Shown: one piece after another, positions 13,560 through 28,993 of the stretch | Layout of the letters: each line of letters starts with the position of its first letter | How positions within the stretch are numbered: the stretch's first letter is position 1 | Notes under the pieces: generated by a model | Seen by the model: the letters and a program-made list of their open reading frames with translations, nothing else | Told to the model about the DNA's origin: nothing | Databases searched by the model: none | Position numbers and translations under genes: made by a program | Assembly: GCF_000150275.1 (NCBI RefSeq) | Contig: NW_002060981.1 | Coordinates: 208,141-272,140 of the forward strand | Reading direction: 5' to 3' | DNA length: 64,000 nucleotides | Source of the DNA: Trichoplax adhaerens | Taxonomy: Eukaryota > Animalia > Placozoa

Positions 13560-13589
13560 CAACTGACGTCACCATGATGACGTCAGTTG
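13560..13589. promoter_or_regulatory. Palindromic double CRE (TGACGTCA x2) upstream of the MS4A-like gene
   Basis: CAACTGACGTCA-ccatga-TGACGTCAGTTG; a third TGACGTCA at 14237-14244. Confidence 0.55.
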
Positions 13590-16500
13590 AAACTAGGAGA
13601 ATTTATTTAATATATCATTTATTGAATCCTCAGATATCGAGTATATATATATATATATACTGTGTATACAAGCATATATTGCGGCAATTTTAGAACGTAA
13701 AGGAAGAAAGGACTGAACAGATACGATTCGTAGTATCAAGTACCAAGTATACTTGAGAGCTATTTGTATGTATTAAAGGAAATTGAGAAGTGCATGTGAA
13801 AAATTTAGGTTAATGGCATTAAGTAGAAATGATACTGCCTTATAAATCTATATAATTTACATTATAGGATCTATCTAGACTACAAGATAAATATTTGGAT
13901 TGCACCAGATCAGGCATGATATACTTTGTGTTTTAAGTATTTGCAGTACTAACTGTCACAATAGTAAATTACCATAATGAGTATATTATAGGTTATGTTC
14001 ATATTTCATTTCCTACAAGATCATGCGAAATGTCGAGGGCAGAAGCTAGTCATAACTACGATCTCCTAAACTGTAATATTAGCAGATGATAGTATATTGA
14101 GTCATGAGTAGCTTCTTATTTAGATATAGGTAGATTGAAATATTAATTTTAAACTAGTCTAACAGAAGTTTCTCACTAGATTTATTGGCGCTAGAAAATT
14201 GGAAATATAACTTCTAAATTTGGATGAATTATTCTATGACGTCACAATATATGTTCTCTTCGATATCAATCTAGGTTTGATATTTTTGGCCAATAGTTGT
14301 ATAAACGGAGCAAGTGCTTGCGCAAACTAAAAAATCTTGTATCCGGTATACTGCTAGTATTTCCGCTTTAGGCTATTTAATACAGTATCCTCTAAGAGTT
14401 CTGTGGGTACTGTCTTAGGTCTACCTTCGATAAATCCAAATGCGAACTGAAAGATTTTCTTCAACCAGTACTACGCTGGCGTTGTAAAGAACTACTTCAA
14501 ATTATAAGGCGAATTGAAGATCTCTTTTGCAGTTATTGTTATGGCAAATAGGATAGCAAAATTCTTGTAGCAGAAATTCTCTTAGTCCTGACCTATTAAT
14601 TATTAATCGAACCTTAGAAAATGGATCTTAATTAAGAATAGGTTTGATGTTATAAAGGTATCAAGGCTAGATATAAACTTCCTATAAATCATCTTGCGGT
14701 AATAATGATAACTCAATTTGCTCCGATACGGGAAACACGAAAATGTTTATCATTCATTAAACAGTTATGAGTATTAAATTGATATTATCAGTATTTCACA
14801 TTAAGTAAACTATTAATATCGATGTCAAATAAGCTACCTTGTATAAACTCACACATCGATAAAGCTGTTGAGCTGTAACCTACTTTAACTGCTACTTGCC
14901 GTTGTAGATAATCAGAAATACTTTAAATCTATTTTTTACATGCATAGAAGTTAGCGGTTTTGATTAACTAGAATCTAGCTTAAGAACTTTGTCTCGACGG
15001 TTAAAGGTCAATTTCTCAAATATATTATTTTGATTATTAGTATTTTTACTTAATCACGCTTACAATATGCTGATTACTGCGTGAATTTATTGATCACAGT
15101 AGCAAGATTCGCATTTAAAAATTGAATAGCATTTATATGAATATTAATAATACTTCGATATGCTCTCTAGCAGCTAATAGTTGGCATAGAATGCAATAAA
15201 TCTGATTTTAGTAGACCCAAGTATATGCGTATCTAATCACTAAATCAATGTGAAAGTGCCACCAAGAAACAGATTAAGTAAAGAGTACATGGAATCAAGG
15301 AATCTGTTTGACACTTTGTGTGTATTTGTATCAATATTCAAGGTATTCGAACTCCGGAATAAAGCTTAACATACTCGATTAGTCCTTAATAAAATGTATT
15401 TAAATTTATTTATTTAAAATATGTTACCAGTGATTTAATTATAGAGCTCATAAATTACGATGATCTCATATTCCATCTAAATTCGAAGGTTAAATAAATG
15501 ATTTAATTTTAATGTAAATCAGTTATTCTGGAGTAATTGGATTTATTTACTTCTTTTACAATACTCTCTGCACTAATAAATAACTATAAGATTTAGTGCG
15601 GTCATAAGGTAATTCATTCTTTAATAGAAATTGAAAGCATTATTCTAATCCTAAGCTTAAGTGGTAGTATTACTAGTCTATAGCCCATAGGGTATTATTT
15701 AATTAAATCAATTTGTAGCAGTTAATGTCCATTATTTGTAATAAAAATCAATTGCTATCGAAATTATTATATTTACGGTGAATAAAACCTTTATATACCT
15801 ATTCAGTAAGCTCTATCTGATTAACAGTAACCGTATTGCAAACGTCCTTTGTAACCGATCCGCAACAAATTTGTTAGTTAAATTAAAATGTGTGTTGAAG
15901 TGTCAATAGTAAAAAAACTTTGCATTTCCGTCTAAGCAAAGGTAAGAATATTTTATTTGCATACAACTACTTCAACTGTAAAATTTTCATAATTAATTGT
16001 GCAGTTTGAAAGCATATAGATTATAATAGTTATCGTAGTCGTATGAAAAATTGCAAATTGGGATTATAATGCACGATAGTTGAAGTAATAAAAGTTATTT
16101 TCAATATATTATGTAACCTACTGGGGATTGAAGTAATTTCGTGTGTTGGGATTGTTAAACGCTAGAAAAAAATCTTCGCTATCATTTATCCAAGTTATCA
16201 TTTGTTAGTAACAGACTACAGTACTGTACAGTGATAATGAAGATGCTCGGTAGTTTGCCACTATATATCTCGCTTATCTAGATGATGTATAGAAAAACGA
16301 ACGTAGACAATCTTGCTGGTTCTAGCAGAATACTTGACTTCTTATTTCTAATTTGAAATTAATGATAAGTATTAGAATAGCAGGTAAAAATGTTGCTATA
16401 TGCTCCTGCAATGAAATTATCGCCTCATAGTATATTCTCTACGTTGATATTAATGTTGCTTGAAAGTATCATGACATTCAAGAAATTTGATGTTAAGATT

Positions 16501-19500
16501 ATTTAGCTGAAAGGTCTAAGTTTTAACTTACATTAGGCCCGCCATCTTTATTTTATGCAGCATGTACTTACGTAAAAGACAATACTTAATTAGGGAGACT
16601 CCTTCAGCGTATAAATGATAATCGTAATTCTAAAATTTTATGTTATTTACGTTCTCCAGTAAATAAAAACTACGAAAACATCTATTGCAAACTGATCCAT
16701 AGCATGATCTACGAATGATTATACTTGCGTATGCAAATACTAACTGGTCTAGTTTAATATCTATAATTAAGTAGATCTCTTCTTAAAAGGTACTCGTAAT
16801 AAGCTATAATACCCGTATTATGAGTGTAATATGCCGATTCGTTTATAGACTTTAGCATTAGGTTACCCTAAACTTTATTTTCGTAGCCCTTCATAAGAAT
16901 ATAGCTTCCCTCTCTACGCAGTTAGTGTTGTTGTCATAATATATCTCCATAAAGAATTAAGTTCAAATTAATATGAATTTATTTAAGACAAATTTAAATA
17001 TCAAGGTCTGTTTCATATATTACACGTATTGTATAGTTTTAGAAATTTACCGCACCGTATTATGTAAAGTCGTAACATATCTGATCTTAGATTGTTTTTA
17101 TTTGCTGGTTTCTATACTTTTATAATTGCGCTTTAGTCGCGTAAGAACGAATTAGCAGCAACACTGATTAATTTTCGGTAGTAATACTTGAATTTTTTTT
17201 CTTCTCATTTGTAAGTTCTTTCATCGCTTGCGACTTTAAACAAGACATATTCTAGATTGAAGTCTTTTTTTATTTCATCTTTATGGATATTTCGTGTTTC
17301 ATAAGAACTTACTATAATCCATAACTACTTGTTATACAGTTGTGAAATTGCAGTTAAAGTTTACTGTATTACTTTTTAAGTCCGCTTAAGTATGACATTA
17401 AGATTGGATGTTACGTATGATCTGATGTTAAAAGAATGAGTTTTAACCCCTATTGTGCCATTTGTGAGTTCCAGTAGCCTTAATTCCTTCAAGACGGGAC
17501 GTAAGACAAGAACTAATTAAGCATTATTGAATATTTTACTCATTAAATCTACTTGTCTAATTGAATTTATCATATTGGTGTGTTATGATAGAATTTGTAG
17601 CAACTATCTATTTGACAGCTACGGATATGATTTAAAAACCATTCTGTAAAGTTATATTTAATAGTAATAATTTCTATATTCAATGAAATTTACAGGTAAT
17701 CGCTCTGAACTCTACTTAGTTTTAATGTAGCTACAGATACACCGTTACCGGAAGTGCTTGAAATCTGTAGATATTTGTTAATCGAAACTGACAGTATGAT
17801 CCGCTTGTCATCGCTTCGTAGTAAAATTTCACTATAAATTCAATTTACTATTTATGGCGGCATTTATTAACGGATAAATTTTAATTTAATTAACTTTATT
17901 TTCGTAATGACTCCACATAAGGTAGAATTTTAAGTTGCCATTGATATCAGAAATCTAATTAATGGCGAAGCATTAGTTCAATTTCTCATAAAATCATTTA
18001 AAGTTATTAATTTCCGTATGCTTAAAGCTTTTTACATCAATTACTGGTGTTATTAAAAATAAACCAGTAAAAATTTTCAACAACATACCGTAGAATATTA
18101 GTAGCTTAAAGTAATTTCTGGATATTATCAAACCTTATTGAATTTAGTTAATATACGGTACAATATTACTTAGCTCTTAAATCCAGGATGTATACGAATA
18201 CAGCTATACGTAATAGTCACTCGAATAATAATTACATAATTGAAATACGCTTAGCTTGGAAGGACTTTATTGTTGTTTAAGATTGTCAGCCGCATGGAAA
18301 ATTGTATTACTTCAAGTAATGTGTTTAGATATATAATTAATGATATCGCGTAGACGTTTACAATTTTAAAATTTCTTTATAATTAAATTAATTATCAGGA
18401 TGACGTAAACTGATGTTTAATTCATTTATTGATAACGCCAAAGATAGAAAACTCAGATAAATTTATTACTTAAAGTATGATATCAAATGACGTGAGATCC
18501 TAGTATGGCAGGCTTATTTGTTAGTTCTAATTATCAATATTGGAGACAATTTTGATACTTCACAATCGTACTTTACTGCTATGAGTTTCAACAATATTTG
18601 AACTGTCAGTATAATAACATTGTAAGACACTATCTTTAGATAAATAACACGTAAATATTATATATTTAAAAGCAAAGATGATTGAAAGAGATTACAGAAT
18701 AAATCGCATAGCAATGCTACTCCTACTCATCTGATGTGACATCTGGTTATACGGTCAATAGAATCATCGACATATCTACTATACCTACCTATTGAATTTT
18801 CACGTTGAAACCCTTAATCTTTACAACTTAATATTAAAATTTAACGATCGATACATTACCAAAAGAGCAGGAACACTATTGCAATAGATTACCCCGGTGG
18901 GACTTGTGCTTGCGTTTCTAGTGAATGATAGGTCCTATTAACATTAGATTAATGCTTATTATAGCACGGATATCAATTATTGCTTATTGTAGCTAGCTCA
19001 GGTAAAGGTACATCCAATACCTGATACCCCATTCATCCCCTGTACCATTTGTTCTTTAATCATGCGTTTACTACTAGTAATCGAATAATGCAGTTATGTA
19101 GCTAATACTTTTTATCATGTTGCGCAACGGCTGTGTATAAGTAGAATCGCATCCTGAAGCAGCTTTAGCTAATACTTTTGTTTCAATTATTCAATCGATT
19201 TCACTAAAATGTAAATGCAAACAATGTACTATTTCAAATTGTATTAAATTCTCATCATCAAAGGCAATATTATTAAAAAAGAGAGACTATTTTTAATAAG
19301 TTTGACATTTAAAATCGTAAGCTTCATCTTTTCCCAAATACGATACGGATAACGTACAAAAGTGTAAAAAATATGAAGTATCATTCAATGGAATAAAGAG
19401 TTTAGGCAGGAATCGCTATGTAAATCACAACTAATGCTATGATCTATGGGCTTGATAATTGGAATTAAATGTGTTCATACGAAGAAATGCTTATTAGCAG

Positions 19501-22500
19501 TATTAAACTGTACCTTTGCTCTTAAGTAAAATAGAGTAACATTATTGTAACAAAATTGAGTGAGTTAGTTTATTGCTAACGCAATAGATATAAAATTATT
19601 AGACTAGATCTTAATTAGTACCGTACTAGTGGAGTTTCTTTATGTATTTATTTGGTCAATTGTTAGAGGCGAGTGATTCGATAACTAAACCAGTTTTAAG
19701 TACTGAAATTCACTCAAGATGCGATTACACAGCTATTACAGTAGATCGAGACTTTCCTGCGAGACTAGAAGTCTTAATTTAATCTAATATTGGAATACCG
19801 TTGATTGGCGTTAAAATTTTCAAGAACGTAAAGTTAAGACATTACATTCTAAAATACTGCACAGAAGTTAGGAGTATTTCTAGTAAGTGACAACTATTAC
19901 ACTGTTTTGCGAGGATATATTTTAATTCATATACAGCAAGAAACTTATCGATTTACGTGATAGAAATAATGCCTATAATGGGGTATAGATTAAGGTGACA
20001 CTTTTGATACATTATTGAGCGCGGAAATACTGGAAAGTAAGCTGTTATTAATCAATTCAAAAGTGAAGTTGAAATTATTATTCGATAAATCGATAAGTGC
20101 AATATGCTTCATAAGAAGTTACTACTACTAATTATGTCTTTTCCTAAAAAAGTCATTAGGAATCTTATTTCAGTTATTAGAGATTCTAAGTGTTTATTTT
20201 ACATGACTATATCTTCCTACTTACTCTAAATGAAAATTGATATCTCCAGAACAGAGAACTTAAGCAAATTTTGCAGTATTTTTATGCCTTAACTACATTA
20301 ATAATAACGCTAAGCTGAGGCTGCTACAATAACTTAGTGTGTAATTAAAGAACGTTGCTATAGATTAGACATATATATAGCATGACTTATATTCATATCT
20401 AGGCCTTTGAACCATTTATAAGGCCGTAGATACTAAAGATAATTATTCCGTTCAACAATAGAAAATCATTGTTTAGATTCACAGCAGGTAACCGATTTAC
20501 ACTTTAATTTTTGCTTTTAACGAACAAAGCTCCTGCTTACTAACGCTACTATCTATTCATCCTTTTACTTCTTCCAAAAAATAAATTATTGTTATAGATA
20601 TAGAAATACTTTGCCGTTGTTAGGACGAGATTGATTGAAAGCTACTCAGCAGGATAGATATAATTCGTCATTTATCCGTTGGGTTTTGTCTTTCTGCGTC
20701 TTACGTATGAATGAGATCAATAAGCCCATAATGTAGTAATTGTGTTGACGCTAAGACTATTTTTTTCTGTCTGACTATTATTCTTTCTCCTTATACATCC
20801 GTCAATCACATTTTAGACAATCGATATAGTGATTTGAGTCCAAACTGTCTTAGATTAAAAACGAAATCTCCATAAGTCTTTGTCATAACTCTGGCTAATA
20901 ACAATACTAACTAAGTAAACAATACCATCATTTTTTCACTTTTACAACATGTCTACTTTGATCTTTACTTCGCTTAAGTATGTGGTAATTTTCTTGAAAT
21001 TCATTTTTTGTTTAGTTTCATCATTATATTTGCAGCTGATAGATTTACACTTAAAAATATAAAGTGTAATATTTGCTTTATTAACGCAGGAAAAACCTCC
21101 AAGACAAGGCATCTGAAAATCAGCCTGTAAGGTTCTTTCGAAAACCACGTCAATTACCAATCAACTTTTTTTCTAAAGTAGGTTCAAGTTTCTAATATAA
21201 AGGATAAACAATTCCACTCCTTGTTGTATATAGTATCCAGCGCAGCGCACGTAGTTTTTATGGGCATACTGGGATGTAAACATTTGTTCCATTTTGGTTT
21301 CTAAGTGACCACTGCTTGCACCCTACGGTGGTGTCTGGCGACGTTGTCCTCATTTCCAATATTAAACGCTATAATTTTTCACGATAATTATAGTTTCCTA
21401 CTAAAAACTCCGCGAAAAACCATTTTATAGCCGTAAATTTATCGTAGCGGAAAAAATTTATTTTACTTAAACGTTGTATCTTTACTCATCACCGTTTGTT
21501 TCTCGTCTTTTGAAGAATTCTTATGTAAGTTAATTACATAATTGAAAATCTGTCTAGTATAGAGAAGTTATTTTAAAAATTAGCTCAAAATTGTTCTAGA
21601 GATATTAGAATAATGATATGAAGCTTAAAATTGCAAGCAACGAATTATTTTAATTTCTTATATGGAAGCGATATAACATCTACCGATAAGAGTACATTGA
21701 TTCAGTGTTTATCGTATTGATTTTCCCGTAATATAATTGGTAAAATTTCTTTCGTTAAAACTAACAAATTAGATCATATTATTTATTATTGGTTTACTTT
21801 GAAAACGGGCTTTGAAGCGAAAAAGTTTTCTTACCAATAGTGTAAATGTTGACATATTTCAGGAGTAACACAATTTCAATAGCTACAGTATTTCATATTC
21901 AACCATCTCTATTCATATATATATATCAATACTACTGCCAGGTTCTAGTAAATTCTTGATTAAAAAGTAAATATTTAATGGCAAATAGAAGGTACTGCAG
22001 AAATGGATAAATAATTTATATCAGCTCCTGCCATTTCTTTCAGACAAGACACTATTTGGCATTATCAAATTTTAGAGATTAACAGCCATATAGCGACGAT
22101 TATAACTAATCTTTTAAGCAGGCGTGCGTTCTTCTTTCCTACTGTGTAATTTTATACTGAAAGATAGGGCAAGGCTATGGATTCGAAACTGCAGTGATTT
22201 TAAATCTTCACTGCTTCTTGAGAAATTCTTTCACCAGTAAATACAGTACTTTAATATAACATTCCTTGGTCCTTTAAATGAGATTTATTTTAAAAAAATG
22301 TAAGCCTTCGCTAGCTGAGCATAAACTTTTAACTAGAAGCCGTCTCTCTTCCCAATATAGTAGCAAATTCCATCATTTACTTTTATATTGTACATAATTA
22401 CTGGTAGGTCTTCTTGACTATTAATAAAACGATGACATGAATTTTAAAAATACGTCTGAAGTGCTGGCACTGTACATTATTACGCTGTATGCATTTACAT

Positions 22501-22994
22501 CACATTACATCTACTTTAGCTCTACCCGTAAACTGTGTCCATTATTGGAGATTTTTTAGCGTAAAAAATTTGTCCTTTTGAACATGATATCAGGTAAATA
22601 GTTTGAGCTTTAATCGTCGACTTAAAACAATGAACTTGTAAATACTGCCAATAAGAGGGTTAAAATTTATCTAATTTCTCCCTCTCCATGAAGTGTTAAT
22701 ATTAGCCTAAGTGCTATTAATTTTTCTAATTAGTGAGCCTTTAGCTTCTATTACATCCTTCAACCTTCACTAAGAACATCAAATTAACTGTTAATTATAA
22801 CTATTAATAAGCAGAAAATCTTACTTTTGCTGCCAATTTTTGAAATATAAATGATAGCGCACACTGACTTTACAATACCAATCGTAAAATGAACTACTTA
22901 TTCAATTTAGAGCAAAAGATTGACTTTTTACCTTCAATTAATAAAAAATTCTAAACATGAATACTATTTAAACAATATTTTCTTCACCATATAG

Positions 22995-25900
22995 CTGAGT
23001 AAACGAGCAAGCATAGACAGCGAACAGAAGGAACGGAAAGGCTTACCAACAGTATCAATAGCCGATAAACTAATCGTCAAAAGCATAAGTCAAGAGATTA
23101 ACAATAAGTGTGCAAGAAAAGTTTCGAGAACACTATTAATGATTTTGGTCTAGCTATGTTTTATTTGTTCTAACAATGATTTTTCTTATTAAGTCAAGCT
23201 AACGATATGACGAAAGGAAATCGAAAAGACGAAAAGGTATGAATGCAGTCTGTATTCTGTATTTTCATTGTTTAACCTTCTCCGAAATTTACTGATAATT
23301 TGCTCGTAACACTCCTACAATAATTAAAATTACATGATACAACAGAATCATATATGGATTCTAGTTTTATTTAAAGTTGATTCTGTAGTTTTTAGTAATC
23401 AGAGAAATAGACTTAAGTTAAAACCTTTTTGAATAAAATGTTAACTTACAATATTTAATTAATAAGTAATAAAAGAAAATTAGCAAATAGAGTAATATTT
23501 GTAATGGCTACACATAGTTCTGCCGTAAATTTTAACTAAAAGCATGTAATTGTGATTAACTCGATTAATAGCATAAATCACGGTTCCAGTGGACAATTGT
23601 TAGATCCAAATTTCTATCGTAAAGTAAATGCTATGTTACAATAGCATGATTATGCACTAGATAACTCTCCCTGTATTATTTCAATTAGCATAGAAATGGT
23701 GTTACCTCTGCTAATTAATTATCAACTCTGATTGTTTTTATATAACAATTATACAGGAGAAGATTGGATTACCTGTGATAAGGGATAGTAAGGTAAGTCT
23801 AAAGATTTAAATATGATAGTAGTAACTCAACGATTAAAATCGATAACATCCAACAGTCTTCAAATTACTTATCACTTTTTTGAACGTTATTAGCTAACGG
23901 CAAGCAGCGAAGGCTTAAACTCTAATGATTCACACGCCGCTAGGTAATGTCTTGACAAATTTTGGGTAATTGCACGTTAATACAGACTATCTAAGGATTT
24001 ATAGCGATATTAGCACAAATTGTGCTCCTGCTTCGTTTCGCTTCACTTATATTTTCTATAATATTAAAATTCTGATCTATTTTTATTCTATGTTAGCAAT
24101 ACTGGCAAACCCGGTAGTGGTAGAGTTCCCAGTCTACCGATAGATCAGAACGAAGACAGAGAAGCATTAACACCAGATTGTGAGTTTTTAAGTGAATCAT
24201 GGTTTCTGTTTATGATAATTTTACGTTGTAGAGTTTTAAACATGAAGTAAAGAGCATGCCATTTTATTCATTTAATAGCAATTGTTTTTATTAAAAATCT
24301 TTAATATTTCTCATCATGAAGTAACTGATGCTTGTTAATAAATGTTGTCTAATTAATTTTTGTTTAAAGATTGTCTGAAAAATTTTGGTGACAAATTAAC
24401 GCGTTTAGAAGAAACAGAAATCATGGACTACCCTAAAATTTGGTTTTTAGGTCCAGAAGCCCGCAAAGTTCAGGGAGTGGAAGGGGGGCCCAATAATAAT
24501 GGTACTGTTTAGTTATGATTAATGAGCTTGGTAATATATTAGAAGCCGGCTTAAAGCAATTTATTATTATTAAATAATTTCACTTGGGGTAACACAAAAA
24601 ATTTACTGGTTATATATATTTAGGATATGATGATAATGACGGAAACTATTTGAGAGTATTACATGATCATTTAGCATATCGATATGAGATTATAGAACTA
24701 CTGGGTAAAGGATCATTCGGCCAAGTCGTTAAAGTACTGGATCATAAAACGAATACAATTGTAGCCATAAAGATTATTGTCAATAAAAGAAAGTAAGTTG
24801 GAGAAAAGTCTGAATGAAATGAATTGTATCAAACTATTATTATATTAGCCAGTTCCTTATTGTGCTGTAATAACACATTGGATTCCATTGATAATATTCA
24901 TTGTATTGAGCTTGGTTGCGAAATTTGTTGCAGTACCTGATGTTATACTACGGACAATGATATATTTTAAAATTTACTTTCCAATCCATAGTAATATTGT
25001 GCTCCTATTCAGAGTTATTTCTTGTTTATAATTAGTTAAGAAGATAAATACTGAACAACTAGTGATGCAACAAGTGCTGGCAATAATTTAGCCCTAAATT
25101 ATGTTAAGAAGTATCTAACCTGACTTAGACCGACAAAACATCCTTAACCTATCGTTATTTTTTGAATGATACGGCACAAAATAGTAAGGAATAATGTAGT
25201 GCTATGCAGTCTGCTAATTTTTTATTTATTAATAGGGCTATTAACTTTGTAGATAAGGCTTAGAATAAGAATCTTAAGTTGTCACAAGATTACAAACAGA
25301 ATGCATGCCATTACCATCTTTACTTCAAAGTTTAATCTAATAGGTTAATTTCCTTCTAATTGTACTCAGTAGAGCTGAAGAAACATGTGGAATCGTAAAA
25401 TATCTATTAAATAAATATCATTAGTTACGTTACAGTAGGTATCTAAATAATTATATGGGTACTTAGTGACAATCCTTCCAATATCTAATAATGATGCTTT
25501 AAACTTAAGTTGCCTTTAATATTTAAGTTACTATGTACATATTCTATAGCTGGACTGTATAAAATGATCAGATCTGAGCATTTATTAATATTTTAAAATC
25601 TTACAGGTTTCATAGGCAAGCATTGGTTGAACTAAAAATACTAGATATTCTTCGCAAAAGTGTAAGCTCATATTGTAAACGGTTAGATAGGACGAGCTTG
25701 TTATTGCGGTACTAATATAGAATGGTGCCGGCTTTATTGGATGAGAAAGCATTCTTCCGACATACTTTCTTTATTCCCGATCATTACAGGATAGAGAAGG
25801 AAATTGTAATGTAATACACATGAAAGAATACTTTTTCTTCAGGTAACGTAAAAATTATATAAGAAATCCGATTTTAGGTTGTAATAATGGGATATTAGAA

Positions 25901-28900
25901 ATTTAGTATTTCAAATATAGATTCATTTAACAATGCTGTTAGTAAAATACTACCGTCCCATATCAAATCATCATCACCTTAGCTACCATAGATTAAAACT
26001 CAAATTTATCGCTAATCTAACAGTTTAGATTGTCAATAATAGTATCGAAGACAGTAACAGTTTTATGCACTTATTAAATTTTAGTTTAATCTCTTTCTTT
26101 TAGGAAGCATGTCTGTATCACATTTGAACTGCTAGGGTAAAGATATTCATACCGCTCATCTTAATTTTGCTAGATTAATTATATTGCAGAAAAGTATCAG
26201 CCTAACATTAAATAACCTTTCTTGTGTCGCAGGATGAATCTATACGAAATGATTCAGAAAAATAATTTCAGAGGCTTTAGCATGGAAGTGGTTAGACGGT
26301 GCGTAGGGCATTACTTATTGTTAAGAATTACAGTTGTTAACATCTAAAGTATTGAAATTTTCGAACCATTTTATATATTTATCGATTAGATAAGAAATAT
26401 TAAATTAAAATTTAAATTGATATAGAATTTATAAGATTATTTTTTGGGTTCAATAGACTTGCAATATCTATCTTAAATTGCATGCGGTTACTGCAGAGAG
26501 AACGAATCATTCACTGCGATTTAAAGCCAGTAAGTTTCGGAAGTGGATATATTGTTATCAATTAAAGATCTTTGAATTCTTGTAACTGAATTGCCATATT
26601 TTAATTATTATAAAATATTAGGAAAATATTCTATTATCGAAACGGAGTAAAGTGGACATTAAAGTTATCGATTTTGGATCCAGCTGCTTCGAAGATAAAA
26701 TCGGTAATAGCATAAAATACGAATTGTATTATCATGGCATGTACCAGCTTTATAATTATGACTTGTGGCCAAAAGTTTGGGGGTGGTTCAAAATTTTATT
26801 TAAAATTAGAAAGACTAAATGGTGTTTAATTTTTATTCTGATGAAATTACGATAGCAGCTCTTTAATGAAATTAGTATTATAGAATTAGGTAAGATTGAG
26901 TGGAATGAGAGGCAGTCGTCTTGTTAAAGTAGCGGTTATTCTATGTTTACAGGCAAAATTTGTTCTTCTTAATGTAAGGACTTTGCTTAGTTAATGTTTC
27001 GAATAGAATTTTGGTCATTCAGCTATTTTTTCGCGGTTGTGTAAAGATTAAGGGCGAAATATTATATAGTCTGGCCCAAAGAAGTCTCTAACTGTATTAA
27101 TGTTGGTATATTGCGAGAGGATCCGACTACTAGTTATTTTCTTCATTGTAATATTGGAGTTTGAAGCAATCTCAAATCAATGCTCTAAGATTTTTGTTTA
27201 TTTTGAATTTATTGCTTGTTTATAGTCTACAAATACATCCAAAGTCGCTACTACCGTGCACCGGAAGTGATCTTAGGTAAGCTAGGTTGTCTTATTAACG
27301 TACAATACATTTGCAAATGCTGATATATTTGGCTGTACGAAGTGAATATTCTATATTTGCTTGTACAGGCTGATAAAATTAATTTTCCTTAATGATTTGC
27401 TGTTAACATAAACTAGGGATCCGATATAATTTAGCCATTGATATGTGGAGTTTGGGCTGTATACTTGCGGAGTTATATTCAGGTTAAAGTAAAGCTTTAA
27501 TTAATCTTATTTAGGTTACTTTAAATTTTTACGTTTGATCAGATATAAATAAGTTGCATTGTTGTACTTATTTCAATGCTGATAAATGCAGGAATTACAT
27601 AATTAGGAACTTTACTACATAGTAACTATCTACTCTAATGCTATGTTATAGTTTGTAAACTAAGCTGAAATCAGGAGATTGTCTTACTGGACTCATAATT
27701 AATATATAGTAATTCTATATTCTTTAATTAACTTATCGGAAATGAAAAATGTTACTTATGATACCGTTAATTTTATATTAGGTGTCCCAATGTTCCCTGG
27801 TGAAAACGAAGCAGAACAACTCGCATTAATGATGGAGGTAGCCAAAATTATGAATTTAAGAATCTTATGTTTAAATTATTTTCCTAAATTTCGTTTAGGG
27901 TATTAGATAGTTTGTATCGCTTAGAAATTATTTGATCAGGTCTAAAACGTATCATATAAACCTAAAATTATAATCCGCGATGAATAAGGGACCTGACAAA
28001 TTTTAAAGTAATCGGTTTGTAATAATAACTACTAGATGCTTGGCATACCTCCTCGTGAGATCCTAATCAATCGTGATCGGAAAGCATGCTTTTTTGGTTA
28101 GTATTAAAAATAATTGATAGGAATTACTTCACTTTACAAATCATTTATGACAGTGAACATACAAAAATTGAAAATATTGCTCTTGATTCTAGACTCAAAA
28201 GGTAATCCCAAGAATATTGTTAATTCAAGAGGAAAGACTCATTGGCCAAATAGTAAGAGACTATGTAACGTGTTAAAATGCCACGATGAACTGTTCTTAA
28301 ACTTTTTGGAGAAATGTTTCGTGTAAGTGAATTGGTATACTTTCGTATATCATATGAAAGCTAGCAATAATAATGTCAATCAAGGAAGGATTTTAACATT
28401 ACGAATTTTTGTAGCTTTCTAGAGTATTTCATAGCTAATCATTGAACTAAACTTAGTATATTTATTTATTGTAGCATAAGATATTTTAACTCAAGTTTTC
28501 AAATAATTAGAGGTTTACACACATATGCTTGGCTTACTCAATCTCTTATAGTATGCTATTAATAATAAAATTTTAGCTGGAATCCGCTGTATCGCATGAA
28601 ACCCGATGAAGCTTGGGAACATCCGTGGATTCAAGCGGTATGGCATTAGTTGTAATTATTAATACCTGACCCACATTTGAAGTTCACTACATAAGTAGAC
28701 GTATTTGAAATTAAATATTTATCGAATACCTAAATTAGGGCATGAAATCATCTAAAAGCAATAGTAAGTCGCTGATATCTAGCAAATTTAGTACACGTGG
28801 CTTAATGGGCAGTAAGAAGCATCGCTCTCATCATGGTAGTCTTAAGAAGAAAACAAATGATGTTCATTATACGCACGATAAAGCATCCCAAGAGAATTTA

Positions 28901-28993
28901 CGATACGTATATGAAGATTCGAAGAATAAATCTGCACATGATGGCTATAATAAGCCCAATGAGGTTGATGTTACATTGCCGCCTATTCAATAG
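22995..28993 (+). CDS. DYRK4: Class 2 DYRK kinase, DYRK4-like; ~20 exons; start uncertain (first in-frame ATG found at 23207)
   Basis: NAPA-like [12 protein letters not shown] (24370-24501), DH box [22 protein letters not shown] plus GKGSFGQV (24624-24792), [77 protein letters not shown] and HPWI; stop 28991-28993. Confidence 0.88.

Noticed and set aside
13954-14490. Another TGTCACA-initiated LTR-like element
   Set aside because: No matching 3' terminus or TSD found.
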